Assembly: GCA_951406725.2 (NCBI GenBank)
Contig: OX597826.1
Coordinates: 48,236,001-48,300,000 of the forward strand
Direction: 5' to 3'
Length of the DNA: 64,000 nt
Origin: Octopus vulgaris
Taxonomy: Eukaryota
Of the stretch, positions 1-12,959 are shown one piece after another. Position 1 is the first letter of the stretch. Every line of letters begins with the position of its first letter. The notes under the pieces were generated by a model that saw nothing but the letters and a program-made list of their open reading frames with translations, made no database searches and had not been told where the DNA came from. Made by a program: the position numbers and the translations under genes.

Positions 1-266
1 TGGTTAGACACACGCAACACTTTTGCATAGGTGCCCATGCATTCGAAATAAGGAGCAAGTGCAACATAGTACATTGCACACCATAAAGCAATGCTAGGTA
101 GGAAGACATTAGCAGACAATACTTCTATACTTAACAGAATTCACCACAGAAGAAGACTGATTGTGAAAGAAATACTAATACAGGTGCACAAAGCTACATT
201 TAGCATATAATATACACATGTCACGACTTTCTAACAGTAAAGTTATGTCAAGAAAATCTGTACTCA

Positions 267-1050
267 GGTGCAGGCGTGGCTGTGTGGTAAGGAGCTTGCT
301 GCCCAACCACTTGGTTCTGGTTTCAGTCCCATTGTGTGGCACTTTGAGCAAGTGACTTGTACTATAGCTTTGGGCTGACCAAAGCCTTGTGAGTGGAACT
401 GGAAGACAGAAAATGAAAGAAGCCCATTGCATATATATATGTGTGTGTGTCTGTGTGTGTGTGTGTGTATATATTTAAGAGTGAAGGTGTATCACGCAGT
501 TGTTAGAGCGTCGAGCATACGATCGTGAGGTTGTGAGTTCGAATCCCAGACCAGGCTGCATGTTGTGTTCCTGAGCAAGACCCTTTATTTCACATTGCTC
601 CAGTTCACTCAGCTGTAGAAATGAGTTGCAACGTCACTGGTACCAAACTGTATCAGCCCCTTTGCCTTTCCCTTTCCCTTGGATAACACTGGTGGCATGG
701 TGAGGGGAGGCTGGTATGCATGAGCAACTGCTGGTCTTCCATAAACAACCTTGCCCGGACATGTGCCTGGGAGGGTAACATTCTAAGTGCAATCCCATGG
801 TCACACATGACTGAAGGGGGTCTCAGCATATATTTATGTGTGTATGTGTCTATGTATCTGTGTTTGTCCCCACCATCACTGCTTGACAATCAGTTTGGTA
901 TGTTTACATTCCCATAACTTAGCGGTTCAACAAAACAAACCAAAATAATAAGTACTTACAAAGAGAAAGTCCTGGAGTCGATTTGCTTGACTAAAAAAAA
1001 AAATCAAGGAAGTGCTCCAGCTTGGCTGAAGTAAAACAATAAAAGAATTA
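267..1050 (+). mobile_element. tRNA-head SINE, family A, split by a family C insertion
   Basis: Head GGTGCAGGCGTGGCTGTGTGGTAAG...TTCAGTCCC with A/B-box-like motifs, then an internal (TA)/(TG) tract. The 3' part (GTTTGTCCCC...CTTGACAA...GTGCTCCAGC) resumes at about 840. The same layout recurs in many copies in this window. Confidence 0.85.
478..827 (+). mobile_element. CORE-like SINE (family C) nested in the family A internal microsatellite
   Basis: Head GTGAAGG...GTTCGAATCCC and CORE-like TGTGTTCCTGAGCAAGACCCTTTA. Flanked by the 9-bp direct repeat ATATATTTA (469-477 and 828-836). Paralogues at 12960-13246 and 19981-20295. Confidence 0.85.
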
Positions 1051-1318
1051 TAAAATAAACATATAGTGCTCACTACAAAATGCATGGCATAAAAGCCAAG
1101 AGAATCTTACATTCTATAGATGAAGCTGAGATAATGTGAGATTATTGATGGTCAATAAAAATTTGGGAATATAATTTAACCTCATGAACCATAAGAGGTA
1201 TGACATACAGGTATGAGTAAGAAGTTGAATATGGAAAAAAAAATCATCTTAGAACATAGTTGTAATTTCAATGCATGTTTAAGCGAAAGGTTGTTCCCTA
1301 TGTAGAGAAACACTTATG

Positions 1319-1900
<582 letters not shown>

Positions 1901-2417
1901 AATGATCTTGTTTTCTTTGTCAGTTTGTTTCAAACAGAAGAATTGAATCCTCTTGCCAGCTAAAATGCCTACTAGTTCTTCATTTCATTTTAGAGATATG
2001 GATGACTTCAGCAGCACAATGGCTCTCTATAAACTAGCACATTGTTCACAAACCTACTGTTTATCAAGACCATACTGAGAAGCAGTAGATTAATTAACAT
2101 ATTCATGCTTGACTGGACGAACGTTCCACTTCACTACAGGAATAGTTTTTCTGTCCTGTAAAAACTTAATTCTTTCCACCATTGCAGTAAACAATGACTG
2201 TATAAAGCCTCTTCTCTGGCACCACCATTACCACCACCACCACCATCACCACCACCACCACCATCACCACCACCACCACCACCACACTCCATTTACAATG
2301 GATATTGCTTGCAAACAAACAATAAGGAGAACAAACTAACAAACAATAACAAAAAACAAAACAAAACAAAGTATTGAGTGAAATTATGCATACACATACT
2401 TACATATATATGTATAT

Positions 2418-2471
<54 letters not shown>

Positions 2472-2670
2472 GCATATATATATATATACATACATATATA
2501 TATTTAAACACATATTCACTCATATAAATATATGTGCAAGTATGTAAGTATCTGTGTTTCTCCATATGTATACATGTATATGTGTGTGTATGTATATATA
2601 TATATATATATATGTATGTATACATAAATATATGTATATATGTATGCATAGGTATGTGTGTATGTGTGTA

Positions 2671-2770
<100 letters not shown>

Positions 2771-2947
2771 GCATGCGATGTGAGAGAGTGAGTAATGAAT
2801 AAGAAAGAGGATTTAAAGCATCTGATGTTTGTGTGAATGTGTGTGTGTGTACACTTACAAATATGTATATGTATGCATGTATATGTAGCTATATATTCTG
2901 TAAAGTTACATAAGTGACTCAAGGGCCATGAGTTTAATGCATTCTAC

Positions 2948-2986
<39 letters not shown>

Positions 2987-3878
2987 TGTATGTGTATGTG
3001 TGTGTGTGTGTGTGTCTTAATAGATATGTATACATGTGTGTATGTTTCATTATAGTCCTACATGAAATGACATATCATTCCTATCACGCATGCACATGCC
3101 TACACACATATACATACATATATACATACATACATACATACACAAACACACATGCATACTCACACGAGAAAACAATGGCTTTACATAAATGGAAAAAAAA
3201 AAACCACAAACAACAAGAACTACAATAATGAGAACAACAACAACAACTACAACAACAACAACAACAACAATGAGAGTAGCAACAGCAAAATTAACAACTA
3301 CAATGCCAATGACTACAAAGTCGACAACAACAACAACAATAATAATAGCAACAACAACTACAATAACAAGTACAATAATTACAATGAAAACAACGAAAAC
3401 TACAGCAAATGTCCCCATGGTGAAAAGAATTATTGGAATCCTGGGTCTTGGATTCCTATTGATTTCTTCAGCCATTTTTAAATCCTTGTTTCTGGTGGAT
3501 GGTAGAGGATAAAGAAGAGTCATTGAAATATAACTGAGCACACAACCCACCCACCCCCATACATACTTTGTTTTTTTGGGTTTTTTTTTTGCCTTTCTCA
3601 CTATCCCCATTAGCATCACTACCAAAAATCATTTAAAGAGTGGGAGGGGAGGGGAAGAGAGAGAGGGAGGAAGGAAGGAAGAGAGGAAAGGAGAGAGAGA
3701 GAGAGGTTATGAGGTGAGAGAAAAAGAAAGTAAGGAATAAGAAAAAGGAAGAATGGAGGAAAAGAGTGTTTGAAGGTGAAGAGAGACAGACAGACTGACA
3801 GTCAGACAGACAGACGGATGGATAAATGGATGAATGGATAGATGGACAAATGATACATAGATAGACAGACAGACAGTC

Positions 3879-4005
<127 letters not shown>

Positions 4006-4041
4006 AAACAGACAGACAGACTGATAGATAGACAGATTAAT

Positions 4042-4074
<33 letters not shown>

Positions 4075-4270
4075 CAAAGAGAGATATTGACAGACACAGA
4101 GACTGAGAAAGAGAGAGAAACAAAGATTAATAGACAGGGAGGGAGATATACAGGGAGAGAGAGAAAAACACACACACACACACACAGACTGCAGACAGAG
4201 ACAAATAGAAAGTGGGAGAAGACAAAAAAGAAAAGAGGAAGAAATAGGGAAAACTGAGTGAGAATGAGGT

Positions 4271-4306
<36 letters not shown>

Positions 4307-4606
4307 ACGTGTGTGTGTATGTGTGTGTGTTTGTGTGTGAAGGGACAGTAGTGAAGTGATGGTGTAAATAGAGGAGAATAGGGTAAAAGAGAATAAAAGA
4401 GGGTAGAGAAAAGAGAAAACAGGGGGAAAAAGAAAGAGAAGGCCTTTAAGAAAAAGCAGGAATAAAAGAATGGCTAGGAAGCTAGAAAAGAAGGTAAGAA
4501 GGAAAAGGAAATAGGAAATATGGAAAACAAAAGAGGAAGAGATGGAAAAGGTCAGAGTGAAAAAGAGACATCATTTAGAAAGGATCAGAGAGGAAAGTGC
4601 CGGAGA

Positions 4607-4649
<43 letters not shown>

Positions 4650-4653
<4 letters not shown>

Positions 4654-5510
4654 GTTCAAAGGATAAATTGTCGTCATTTTATATTTTTAATTTCACACAT
4701 GTGCATAGTTTGTTTTTGATTTTGTCAACTACACAGTATAGTAGGGTCAGTTGGGCACTGTCTGTGAGAAAAAAACAGTACCATGACGCAATTCACTCTG
4801 CCAGAAATTTGGAAGTGGCATGCTGTACTGCATGACATTTACATTGGAAGTTCCAATACGAAGATTTCAGAGTGTTTGTGTGTCAATCTGAGGACATGTA
4901 CTAAAAGTGATAAAATTCAAACATCCAGTGAACATCATGGTATTTGGAGTGATCATTTGTGATGGTGATGTTAAGCCTCCATTCATCTTTCCACATGGCC
5001 TCACACTCAACATGGAAGCCAGCATCAAGTGCCTGGGGGAGGTAGTGCTGCCCTGGATCAAGAGGGTGGCTGCTGGAAGACTGTGGGTCTGGCAACAAGA
5101 CTTTGCACCATGCCACACAAGTATGAGAATCTAGCCATGGCTGTCAGACAATTTCTGTGACCACATCACATCTGGCCTCCCCAGACTGCAAACCCCTTGA
5201 TTATCATGTGTGGGGCACAGTTGAGTGAGAGATCAACAAAACTTCTTGTAATACTAGAGATGAACTGAAGGCAAGGATTATGGCAGCATTTGCCAACTTA
5301 AACAAGGAGACCATCCAGAAGAGTCGCAGGAGTTTGCAAAGTCGTCTGAAAGATGTGGTCGAAGCCAATGGCAATTTTATTGCATAAATTTACTCTTTAA
5401 TATTTCAAGATATCTTTATGTAATTTTGGTAAATATATCTGTTAAAACGAGATGTCAGTGTTATTTTCATTTTTGCAAAATTTAGACGACAATATATTCA
5501 CCGCATTCTG
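4650..5510 (+). mobile_element. Internally deleted Tc1/mariner-superfamily (maT, DD37D) transposon
   Basis: Degenerate TIRs CAGGGTTCAAAGGATAAATTGTCGTC / GACGACAATATATTCACCGCATTCTG, followed by TA. Transposase remnant IMVFGVI...PPFIF...WQQDFAPCH...PDCKPLDYHVWG with stops and frameshifts. Confidence 0.85.
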
Positions 5511-6084
5511 TATGTGTATGTATGTATGTAAAGCTAAAGAAAAGAGGAAAAGTGGTAGGATGTGGTAAAAGGGGAGGAGTAGGCATAGTAAAGAAGTTTG
5601 ATAGAGGAAGAGTATTAAGGTTGGCGGTGGGGAGTATGAGGGAGAGAGAGAGAAAGGAAGAAACAATGATACTAGCAACAAGAACATGAACAATAATAAG
5701 AAGACTGTTTAATGATTTATCAGAGCATATCAATATTGTCTATTATAGCAAAGTATTGTGTTGTTTATCAATGGGAGTAAGAAATATAAAAGTACCCCCC
5801 GCTATGTATACATGTACACACATACATACTTTTAGATATATACGTACACACACAAATATACTGACATACATATTTTTGGACATATGCACATACACATATA
5901 CATACACTTTAGACATATACATACTTCCAAATATATACATACATGCATACACATATGCACACACACACACATATATATATATGTATATATATATGCATTC
6001 ATACATATTCTTGGATTTGTATATAGATACATATACTTAGGCATATATATATATACACATATACATTTGGGCAGGCACATGAAC

Positions 6085-6125
<41 letters not shown>

Positions 6126-6424
6126 AATACTCACATACACTTGAGCATATATACACATGTATACACTTGCACACACACACATATATATATTGCTAGCATG
6201 GAAAGTGGATGTTAAACGATGATGATGATGATATAAACATACACATATAATACAAATACATACACTTGTATACACAGACATATGTATCCTTATACACATA
6301 CATATCCTTAGACCGACACATGCACATCTACACACATACAGATCCATACACACATACTCATGGACACTCGCACAAATATATACAAGTACAATAGCACACG
6401 CATACACACATATATATTTAAATA

Positions 6425-6471
<47 letters not shown>

Positions 6472-6589
6472 TTGGACACATACACACATATACATACATA
6501 TACATATCTTTTACCACATGTACACACATATATATATATCTTTAGATGCATACACATGAAACACATGCCCTTAGCCATACACATACATA

Positions 6590-6761
6590 GGTGCAGGAGT
6601 GGCTGTGTGGTAAGTAGCTTGCTTCCCAACTACAAGGTTCTAGGTTCAGTCCCACTTGGACAAGTGTCTTCTACTATAGCCTCGGGCTGACCAAAGCCTT
6701 GTGAGTAGATTTGGTAGATGGAAACTGAAAGAAGTCCGTCGTATATATGTGTGTGTCTGTA

Positions 6762-6793
<32 letters not shown>

Positions 6794-7018
6794 TTTGTGT
6801 GTCTGTGTTTGTCCCCACACCATTGCTTGACAACCAATGTTGGTGTGCTTATGTCCCCGTAGTTTAGTAGTTTTGCAAAAGAGACTGATAGAATAAGTAC
6901 TAGGCTTACAAAGAATAAGTCCTGAGGTCGATTTGTTCAATTAAAGGCGGTACTCCAGCATGGCCACAGACAAATGACAAACAAATAAAAGAATGTAAGA
7001 ATAAAAGAATAAAAGAAT
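6590..7018 (+). mobile_element. Family A SINE, near full length
   Basis: GGTGCAGGAGTGGCTGTGTGGTAAG head, internal (TG)n and a (TAAAAGAA)n-like tail. Confidence 0.9.
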
Positions 7019-7100
7019 ATGAAAAAACTTGGTCTTTCATTCACACTTTTAGAGTTTCCTTTTTTTGTTCTGTTAGTTTCTATAACAATTAATGAACACA

Positions 7101-7198
7101 ATGATGATGATGATTATGATGATGATGATGATGATGATGATGACGATGACGATGACGATGACGACGACAACGACGACGACGACGACGACGGCGACGAC

Positions 7199-7233
<35 letters not shown>

Positions 7234-7270
7234 CGACGATGACGATGATGATAATGGTCTTGATGATGAC
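7101..7270. repeat. (GAT/GAC)n microsatellite
   Basis: Read directly; the poly-D, poly-I and poly-M ORFs here are artefacts. Confidence 0.95.
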
Positions 7271-7760
7271 ACTTCTGAAAGCTATAGATACATCCACATA
7301 GGATCTAATGAAGGACTGATTTAAACAATTACCTGAGGAAGTGCATTTTATACCTTGAATGCATGATAATGTTTATCCATCTCACCAATGTAGTGCAGGT
7401 GTAAAAATGTGTCAAAACAATTGTAGTGATTTAAAATAAAGCATGTTGTCCACTATATTTCCTATCACCTAGCTATATATATATGCATGTATATATAAAT
7501 ATATATTTATATATATATATAGAGAGAGAGAAAGAGAGAGAGAGGTTATGAAAGGTAATGGTGTCAAGAAGACCCAAAGGTGTCAGGTAATGCTGAGTAA
7601 GTGCTATGGACAGACTATAGTTAAGCTCCATGTTCAGTGATTATGCGAATGAGGAGTCCAATGTAGGTCATATATCAGCATGTGTATGTATAAGAAAATT
7701 TTCAGAATGAGATCAAAATTCAAGGCTGTGAAAGATTTCAGAACATTTATAAATAGAAGG

Positions 7761-7806
7761 GCTTACAGCTGTTTCCAGGATATTTCATATATCCCTTCAT
7801 CAGAAA
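7761..7806 (-). ncRNA. Minimal type-I hammerhead ribozyme motif (left arm)
   Basis: Minus strand reads TTT-CTGATGA-A-GGGATAT-ATGAA-ATATCCT-G-GAAA-CAGCTG-TA-AGC. The core is intact, stem II has 7 bp, stem III is palindromic and stem I is weak. Confidence 0.65.
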
Positions 7807-7881
7807 CAGTGTGAGAAAATGGCTAAGCAATAGTTATTTTAGATAAGATATGAACTATTGCTTAGCCCTTTTCTCACACCA

Positions 7882-7927
7882 TCTCCGATGAAGGGATATA
7901 TAAAATATCCCGGAAACAGCTGTAAGA
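7882..7927 (+). ncRNA. Minimal type-I hammerhead ribozyme motif (right arm, U4C lesion)
   Basis: TCT-CCGATGA-A-GGGATAT-ATAAA-ATATCCC-G-GAAA-CAGCTG-TA-AGA, with stem I TCT/AGA. Confidence 0.6.
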
Positions 7928-8484
7928 CCTTCTATTTATAAATGTTCTAAAATCTTTCACAGCCTTGGATTTTTATCGCATTCTGAAAATTTATATATAT
8001 ATATATATATATATACGCATACACACACATACACATGTACATACACATACATACGCACACACATATTCATAAGTGCCAATGCACAGACTTCTTGACTGCA
8101 AACAGGTATAGTCCTTTATGGTTCAACTTTGGAATAATGATGAATTTATCTAATGTGTTAGTTCTAAATGCCAAAAGCTTCCATTGCCAAATAGGGCTGG
8201 GACTAAACTGGGTTTGACGCCAAACCAGCAGCACTCAATCAACTTATTTTGTCTTACATGAAATGCACACACATACACACACATACACAAACATACACAT
8301 ACAAACAAACATGCACACATATACACTCTATACATCCACTATACATGTACCATATATGTACACACACATACACTATGCATGCATGCATACATACATCTAT
8401 CACATATTCACACATATATACAAAGCATATTGCACACTGCACACATACATGCACAATACATGTATGTGTGCACAAAGTAAACAA

Positions 8485-8884
8485 GGCAGCAAGCTGGCAG
8501 GAACGAAATACTTAGCGGTATTTCGTCTGCCGCTACGTTCTGAGTTCAAATTCCGCCGAGGGCGACTTTGCCTATCATCCTTTTGGGGTCGATTAAATAA
8601 GTACCAGTTATGCACTGGGGTTGATATAATCATCTTAATCCGTTTGTCTGTCCTTGTTTGTCCTCTCTGTGTTTAGCCCCTTGTGGGTAGTAAAGAAATA
8701 GGTATTTCGTCTGTCTTTACATTCTGAGTTCAAATTCCACCAAGGTCAATTTTGCCTTTCATCCTTTCGGGGTCGATAAATTAAGTACCAGTTGCTCACT
8801 GGGGTCGATGTAATCAACTTAATCCCTTTGTCTGTCCTTGTTTGTCCCCTCTATGTTTAGCCCCTTGTGGGTAATAAAGAAATA
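8485..8884 (+). mobile_element. Family B SINE, tandem dimer
   Basis: GGCAGCAAGCTGGCAG head and two consecutive units of GTTCAAATTCC...TTTGCCTTTCATCCTTTCGGGGTCGATAAATTAAGTACCAG (MetaSINE-like core from recall), each ending TAAAGAAATA. Confidence 0.85.
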
Positions 8885-9061
8885 ACAAACTATACAAGCA
8901 CAAATACACACACTCTACACTTGTAAATGCATCTTATTCTTTAGCTCTAGTATAACCTTACTAAAGCAGATTAATGATCAAAGATTAATGAATAAAGACA
9001 TTTCAAACATTACTATTTCACTTTTTCTTTGTTTTTTTTTTACTTTCCTTTTGGTTTAGAG

Positions 9062-9406
9062 CAGGAGTTCTCAACCATTTTTTTAATCTATGGACCCCTT
9101 TGATTACTATTTTATTCTGGTGGACCCTTATAATTATTTGATGTTTAAAAGGTTCATAGAAACATCTTTCAAAATTCCTATTTTGCTTATCACACATTAC
9201 TATGTGTAGGTTAAACTATGTAAAATGTTAGAGAAAGAAACCTAGCTATTTCCTGCAATACATACCAATACATACATCTAAAGCAAAATTTTTTCAGGGG
9301 CTCTTAAAACACTATTTTCGATCCCCAGTTTACTATCTTCTTGTATGGACTTCACAAAATCTTATGGTCCTTCAGGGACCTATATGGACTCTGGTTAAGA
9401 ACACTG
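9062..9406. mobile_element. hAT (Charlie-like) MITE
   Basis: TIRs CAGGAGTTCTCAACC / GGTTAAGAACACTG. The left flank GTTTAGAG resembles the NTCTAGAN target; the 8-bp TSD matches at only 5 of 8 positions. Confidence 0.6.
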
Positions 9407-9574
9407 GATTTGTGCAAATGATTTTCAAAATTCTTCCATCAGTGATTAGGAAAACTGCAGCTTGTGAGATTTTCTGAATGCTGTACCTAATAAAATTATA
9501 TATTGAATATTTTTAGTTGTGCAGCTTGCTTGAAGATTAAACATGTTTCATGCAGCCCACTTTACAAAACAAAT

Positions 9575-9951
9575 TACTCTTTTACTCTTTTTACTTGTTT
9601 CCGTCATTTGACTGTGGCCATGCTGGAGCACCACATTTAGTACTTATTTTATCAGTCTTTTTTGCCAAACCGCTAAGTTAAGGGGACGTAAATACACCAG
9701 CATCTGTTGTCAAGCGATATTGGGAGGACAAACAAAGACACACAAACATATACACACACATACATATGCACGTATATATACATATATACAACAGGCTTCT
9801 TTCAGTTTCCATCTACCAAATGCACCCACAAGGCTTGGGTCGGCCCGAGGCTATAGTAGAAGACACCTGCCCAAGGTGCCATGCAGTGGGACTGAACCCG
9901 GAACCATGTGGTTCGTAAGCAAGCTACTTAACACACAGCCACTCCTACACC
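9575..9951 (-). mobile_element. Family A SINE
   Basis: Reverse complement of the family A layout, with the (TACTCTTT)n tail at the left. Confidence 0.9.
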
Positions 9952-10338
9952 TATATTGTTTATGTCTGATTTACATTTTGCTTAGTTTTTTTGAAAAGAC
10001 AATCAAAATATTTTTTTAATCTTTCTCCGCCATCATAATAATTGGCAGAATGTATTAAAGAGCATCATTCAGAAATGTTTATGACTGGAATGCCTTTCTA
10101 TAGAAGTCTGCTTGATTAAACATGACCATGGGCTAAACAACAACAAAAAAATAAGCAAATATAGTCCCAGATAGTTCCACCCACTTACAGGAACATAGAC
10201 ACACAATGAAACATTAAAATGAGCAAGAAATCAGCAGTTGTTTATTTTATTTTTATTTTATGCGTATACATATATAAATACACATATATATATACATACA
10301 TACATTCATACATAATATTAATATATATATATATATAT

Positions 10339-10373
<35 letters not shown>

Positions 10374-10692
10374 ATATATATATATATATTGGTTTTTGTT
10401 TGTAATTTGAATCACTGCTTTTAAAAGCTATTAGGGTTGGATGTGTGTATGTGTGTGTGTGTTGTGAATGTTTGTGGGGTGGATTTGAATGCTTTGTCAT
10501 GAAAGGATTGACAATTGTTGTGTGAGCAATTAAACACCTCAGTGAAAGAATTCTGACACTTGTATAAGACATATTTATATACATACCAACACACATATAA
10601 AGATAGCAACACAAATATATACATATATATATATATATATATGAACATGCAGATGCAGAAATATTTATGTATTAGATTTATATGTATATAAG

Positions 10693-10731
<39 letters not shown>

Positions 10732-10779
10732 GTATATATATATGTATATATATGTGTGAATATATATATATGATATATA

Positions 10780-10950
10780 GACGCAGGAGTGGCTGTGTGG
10801 TAAGTAACTTGCTTACCAACCACATGGTTCCGGGTTCAGTCCTACTGCAAGGCACCTTAGGCATGTGTTTTCTACTTAGGCATGTGTTTTCTACTGACCA
10901 AAGCCTTGTGAATGGATTTGGTAGACGGAAACTGAAGGAAGCCCATTGTA
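10780..10950 (+). mobile_element. Family A SINE 5' half
   Basis: Head through GAAGCCCATTG, with an internal tandem duplication of CTTAGGCATGTGTTTTCTA; followed by long (TA)n. Confidence 0.85.
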
Positions 10951-10967
10951 TATATATGTATATATGA

Positions 10968-11047
<80 letters not shown>

Positions 11048-11052
<5 letters not shown>

Positions 11053-11699
11053 AGTGATATGCAGCTGAATTCTGCTTTTAAATGACTTGCTTCAAGAGTT
11101 GCATTCGGTATGATATGTTTATTTATTTTAGTAATATTGACTTTAAGAGTCCCTGCTAGTGTGTGGCATTTATGTGTAATAATGCCCTCTATATAATATG
11201 AATGAATATATTTAAGTGAAAAAATTGCTGGATTTTTTCTCTTATGAGGTTTTTCATGCTGACTACTTGATAAATTCTTATGAAGATTTTATCCTATTTT
11301 TAAATTGTAAATTTAACCGGAGTATATTCAGTACTGAATTTTTATTCCAAATAAGCACGTTGTTACCGAAATGCAATTCGAAAAAAGCCCACCATTTACA
11401 TAGATGTATAAGGGGTGAACATTTCTATATACTACATTGGATATGATGGTTGTTCGTCTGGTATGTTGATTTTGTCCATTCATTATTAATCCTGAATAAT
11501 GGTTGCACTGACAAGTAAAGAGTGCATACCACTGCACTGATTATGAAATCACAGTGATCTGCAGCTGAATTCTGTTTTTAAATGACTTGCTTCGAGAGTT
11601 GCATTCGGTACGATATGTTTATTTATTTTAGTAGTTTTGACTTTAAGAGTCCCTCCTAGCATGCGGCATTTATGTGTAATAATGCTCTCTATATAACAT
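11048..11699. mobile_element. Element with 152-bp terminal direct repeats in a (TA)n tract (PLE-like or unclassified)
   Basis: 11048-11199 and 11548-11699 are direct repeats with about 12 differences, offset by 500 bp. Both ends are embedded in (TA)n. There are no TG...CA LTR ends. Confidence 0.6.
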
Positions 11700-11734
11700 A
11701 TATATATATGGATATGTATTTATGTACATTTGAC

Positions 11735-12077
11735 TTATTACGGATACCAGACTTCCAAACAATGTCAGAACTGAAGATCTAAGACAAATATACCAAATTA
11801 CCACCAATCACCTCTCTCATTCAAAGTGAACTACTCAAACTGCTTGGCCACATTAAGCGAATGGTTTGTGCCATCAGCAAGATCTATTTGGAAGGCATGA
11901 TTAGCGGAAAGAGAAACAGAGGTCGGCAACCAAAGATTTGAAGAAGCAATACCACAGCATGGCCAGGTCTTGACAAAGCTTTTCTGAATGCTCCTGTCAG
12001 AGATCGAATACTATGGAAGTAACTACCCCATACTGGTGCACTTTCTGCTGCAGGCAGAGATAGAGAAGAATGATGAA
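11735..12077 (+). mobile_element. Degenerate RTE-clade LINE 3' fragment
   Basis: Translates LKLLGHIKRM...IYLEGMISGKRNRGRQPKI*, matching the RTE C-terminal GH..R...EG...GKR.RGR motif. Confidence 0.7.
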
Positions 12078-12823
12078 ATATTTGATAGGCTTCTTTCAGT
12101 TTCCATTCATAAGGATTTGGTCAGCAGGGTACCATGCACTGAGACTGAACAGAAAATTCTGTGGTTAAGAAAAATACAGCTTAACTAAACAGCCATATTT
12201 GCACTATATCAACAGACCAATTAATCAGGTATTTAGGACAAATTAGCTCGATTTCTAGGAAAGTTCAAGCCCGTTCTTCAAGTTTTCTATTCAGATTGGT
12301 AGAAACATTAACAATAGATACTGGTTATTGTCAAACTAAATGATGCTGAATCAAATGCTAAGAACTGAAGATGACAGAAGAAGAAATGTTCAAAGAAACC
12401 CAATATATGTATGTGTGTAAATATGTATGTACGTACATATGTGTGTATGTATCTATGGATGGATGGATGGATGTAAGTATAAATGGATATATGTATGTAT
12501 GTATGTATGGATGAATGGATGTATCTGTGTATATATATGTATGTTTGTATGCACCTATGTATTTATGTATGTTTGTATGTATGGATGGATGGTGGGGTAT
12601 GTATGTATCTGTATGCATGTATGCTATATATGCTTGCATGAGTGTATGAATTTATGAATATGTATGTTTATATATGTATCTATATGCATGTATATATATG
12701 TATGTATATACATGTATGTATATATATATATATACACATATATGTGTATGTGTATGTACATGATATATATATATGTACATGTGTATAATTCTGTGTGTGT
12801 ATGAATGTATAGATGTGTATATG

Positions 12824-12874
<51 letters not shown>

Positions 12875-12959
12875 TGAATTATATATCTGCTTGCATTTAT
12901 GAATCATTATATATAGATTGGTATGTGGTATGTGTAAGTATGTAACATATAGAAGGGTA

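Larger units (their letters stand above)
7696..7992. mobile_element. Fold-back (palindromic) Penelope-like terminal-repeat element
   Basis: Inverted arms 7696-7835 and 7853-7992, about 140 bp each and imperfect. Each arm carries a hammerhead-like motif. The right end abuts (TA)n. A related partial arm lies at about 21795-21870. Confidence 0.7.

Noticed and set aside
7333-7375. CTGAGGA followed by the hairpin GTGCATT/AATGCAT
   Set aside because: It is followed by GATA rather than GAAA and has no stem I; not called as a hammerhead.
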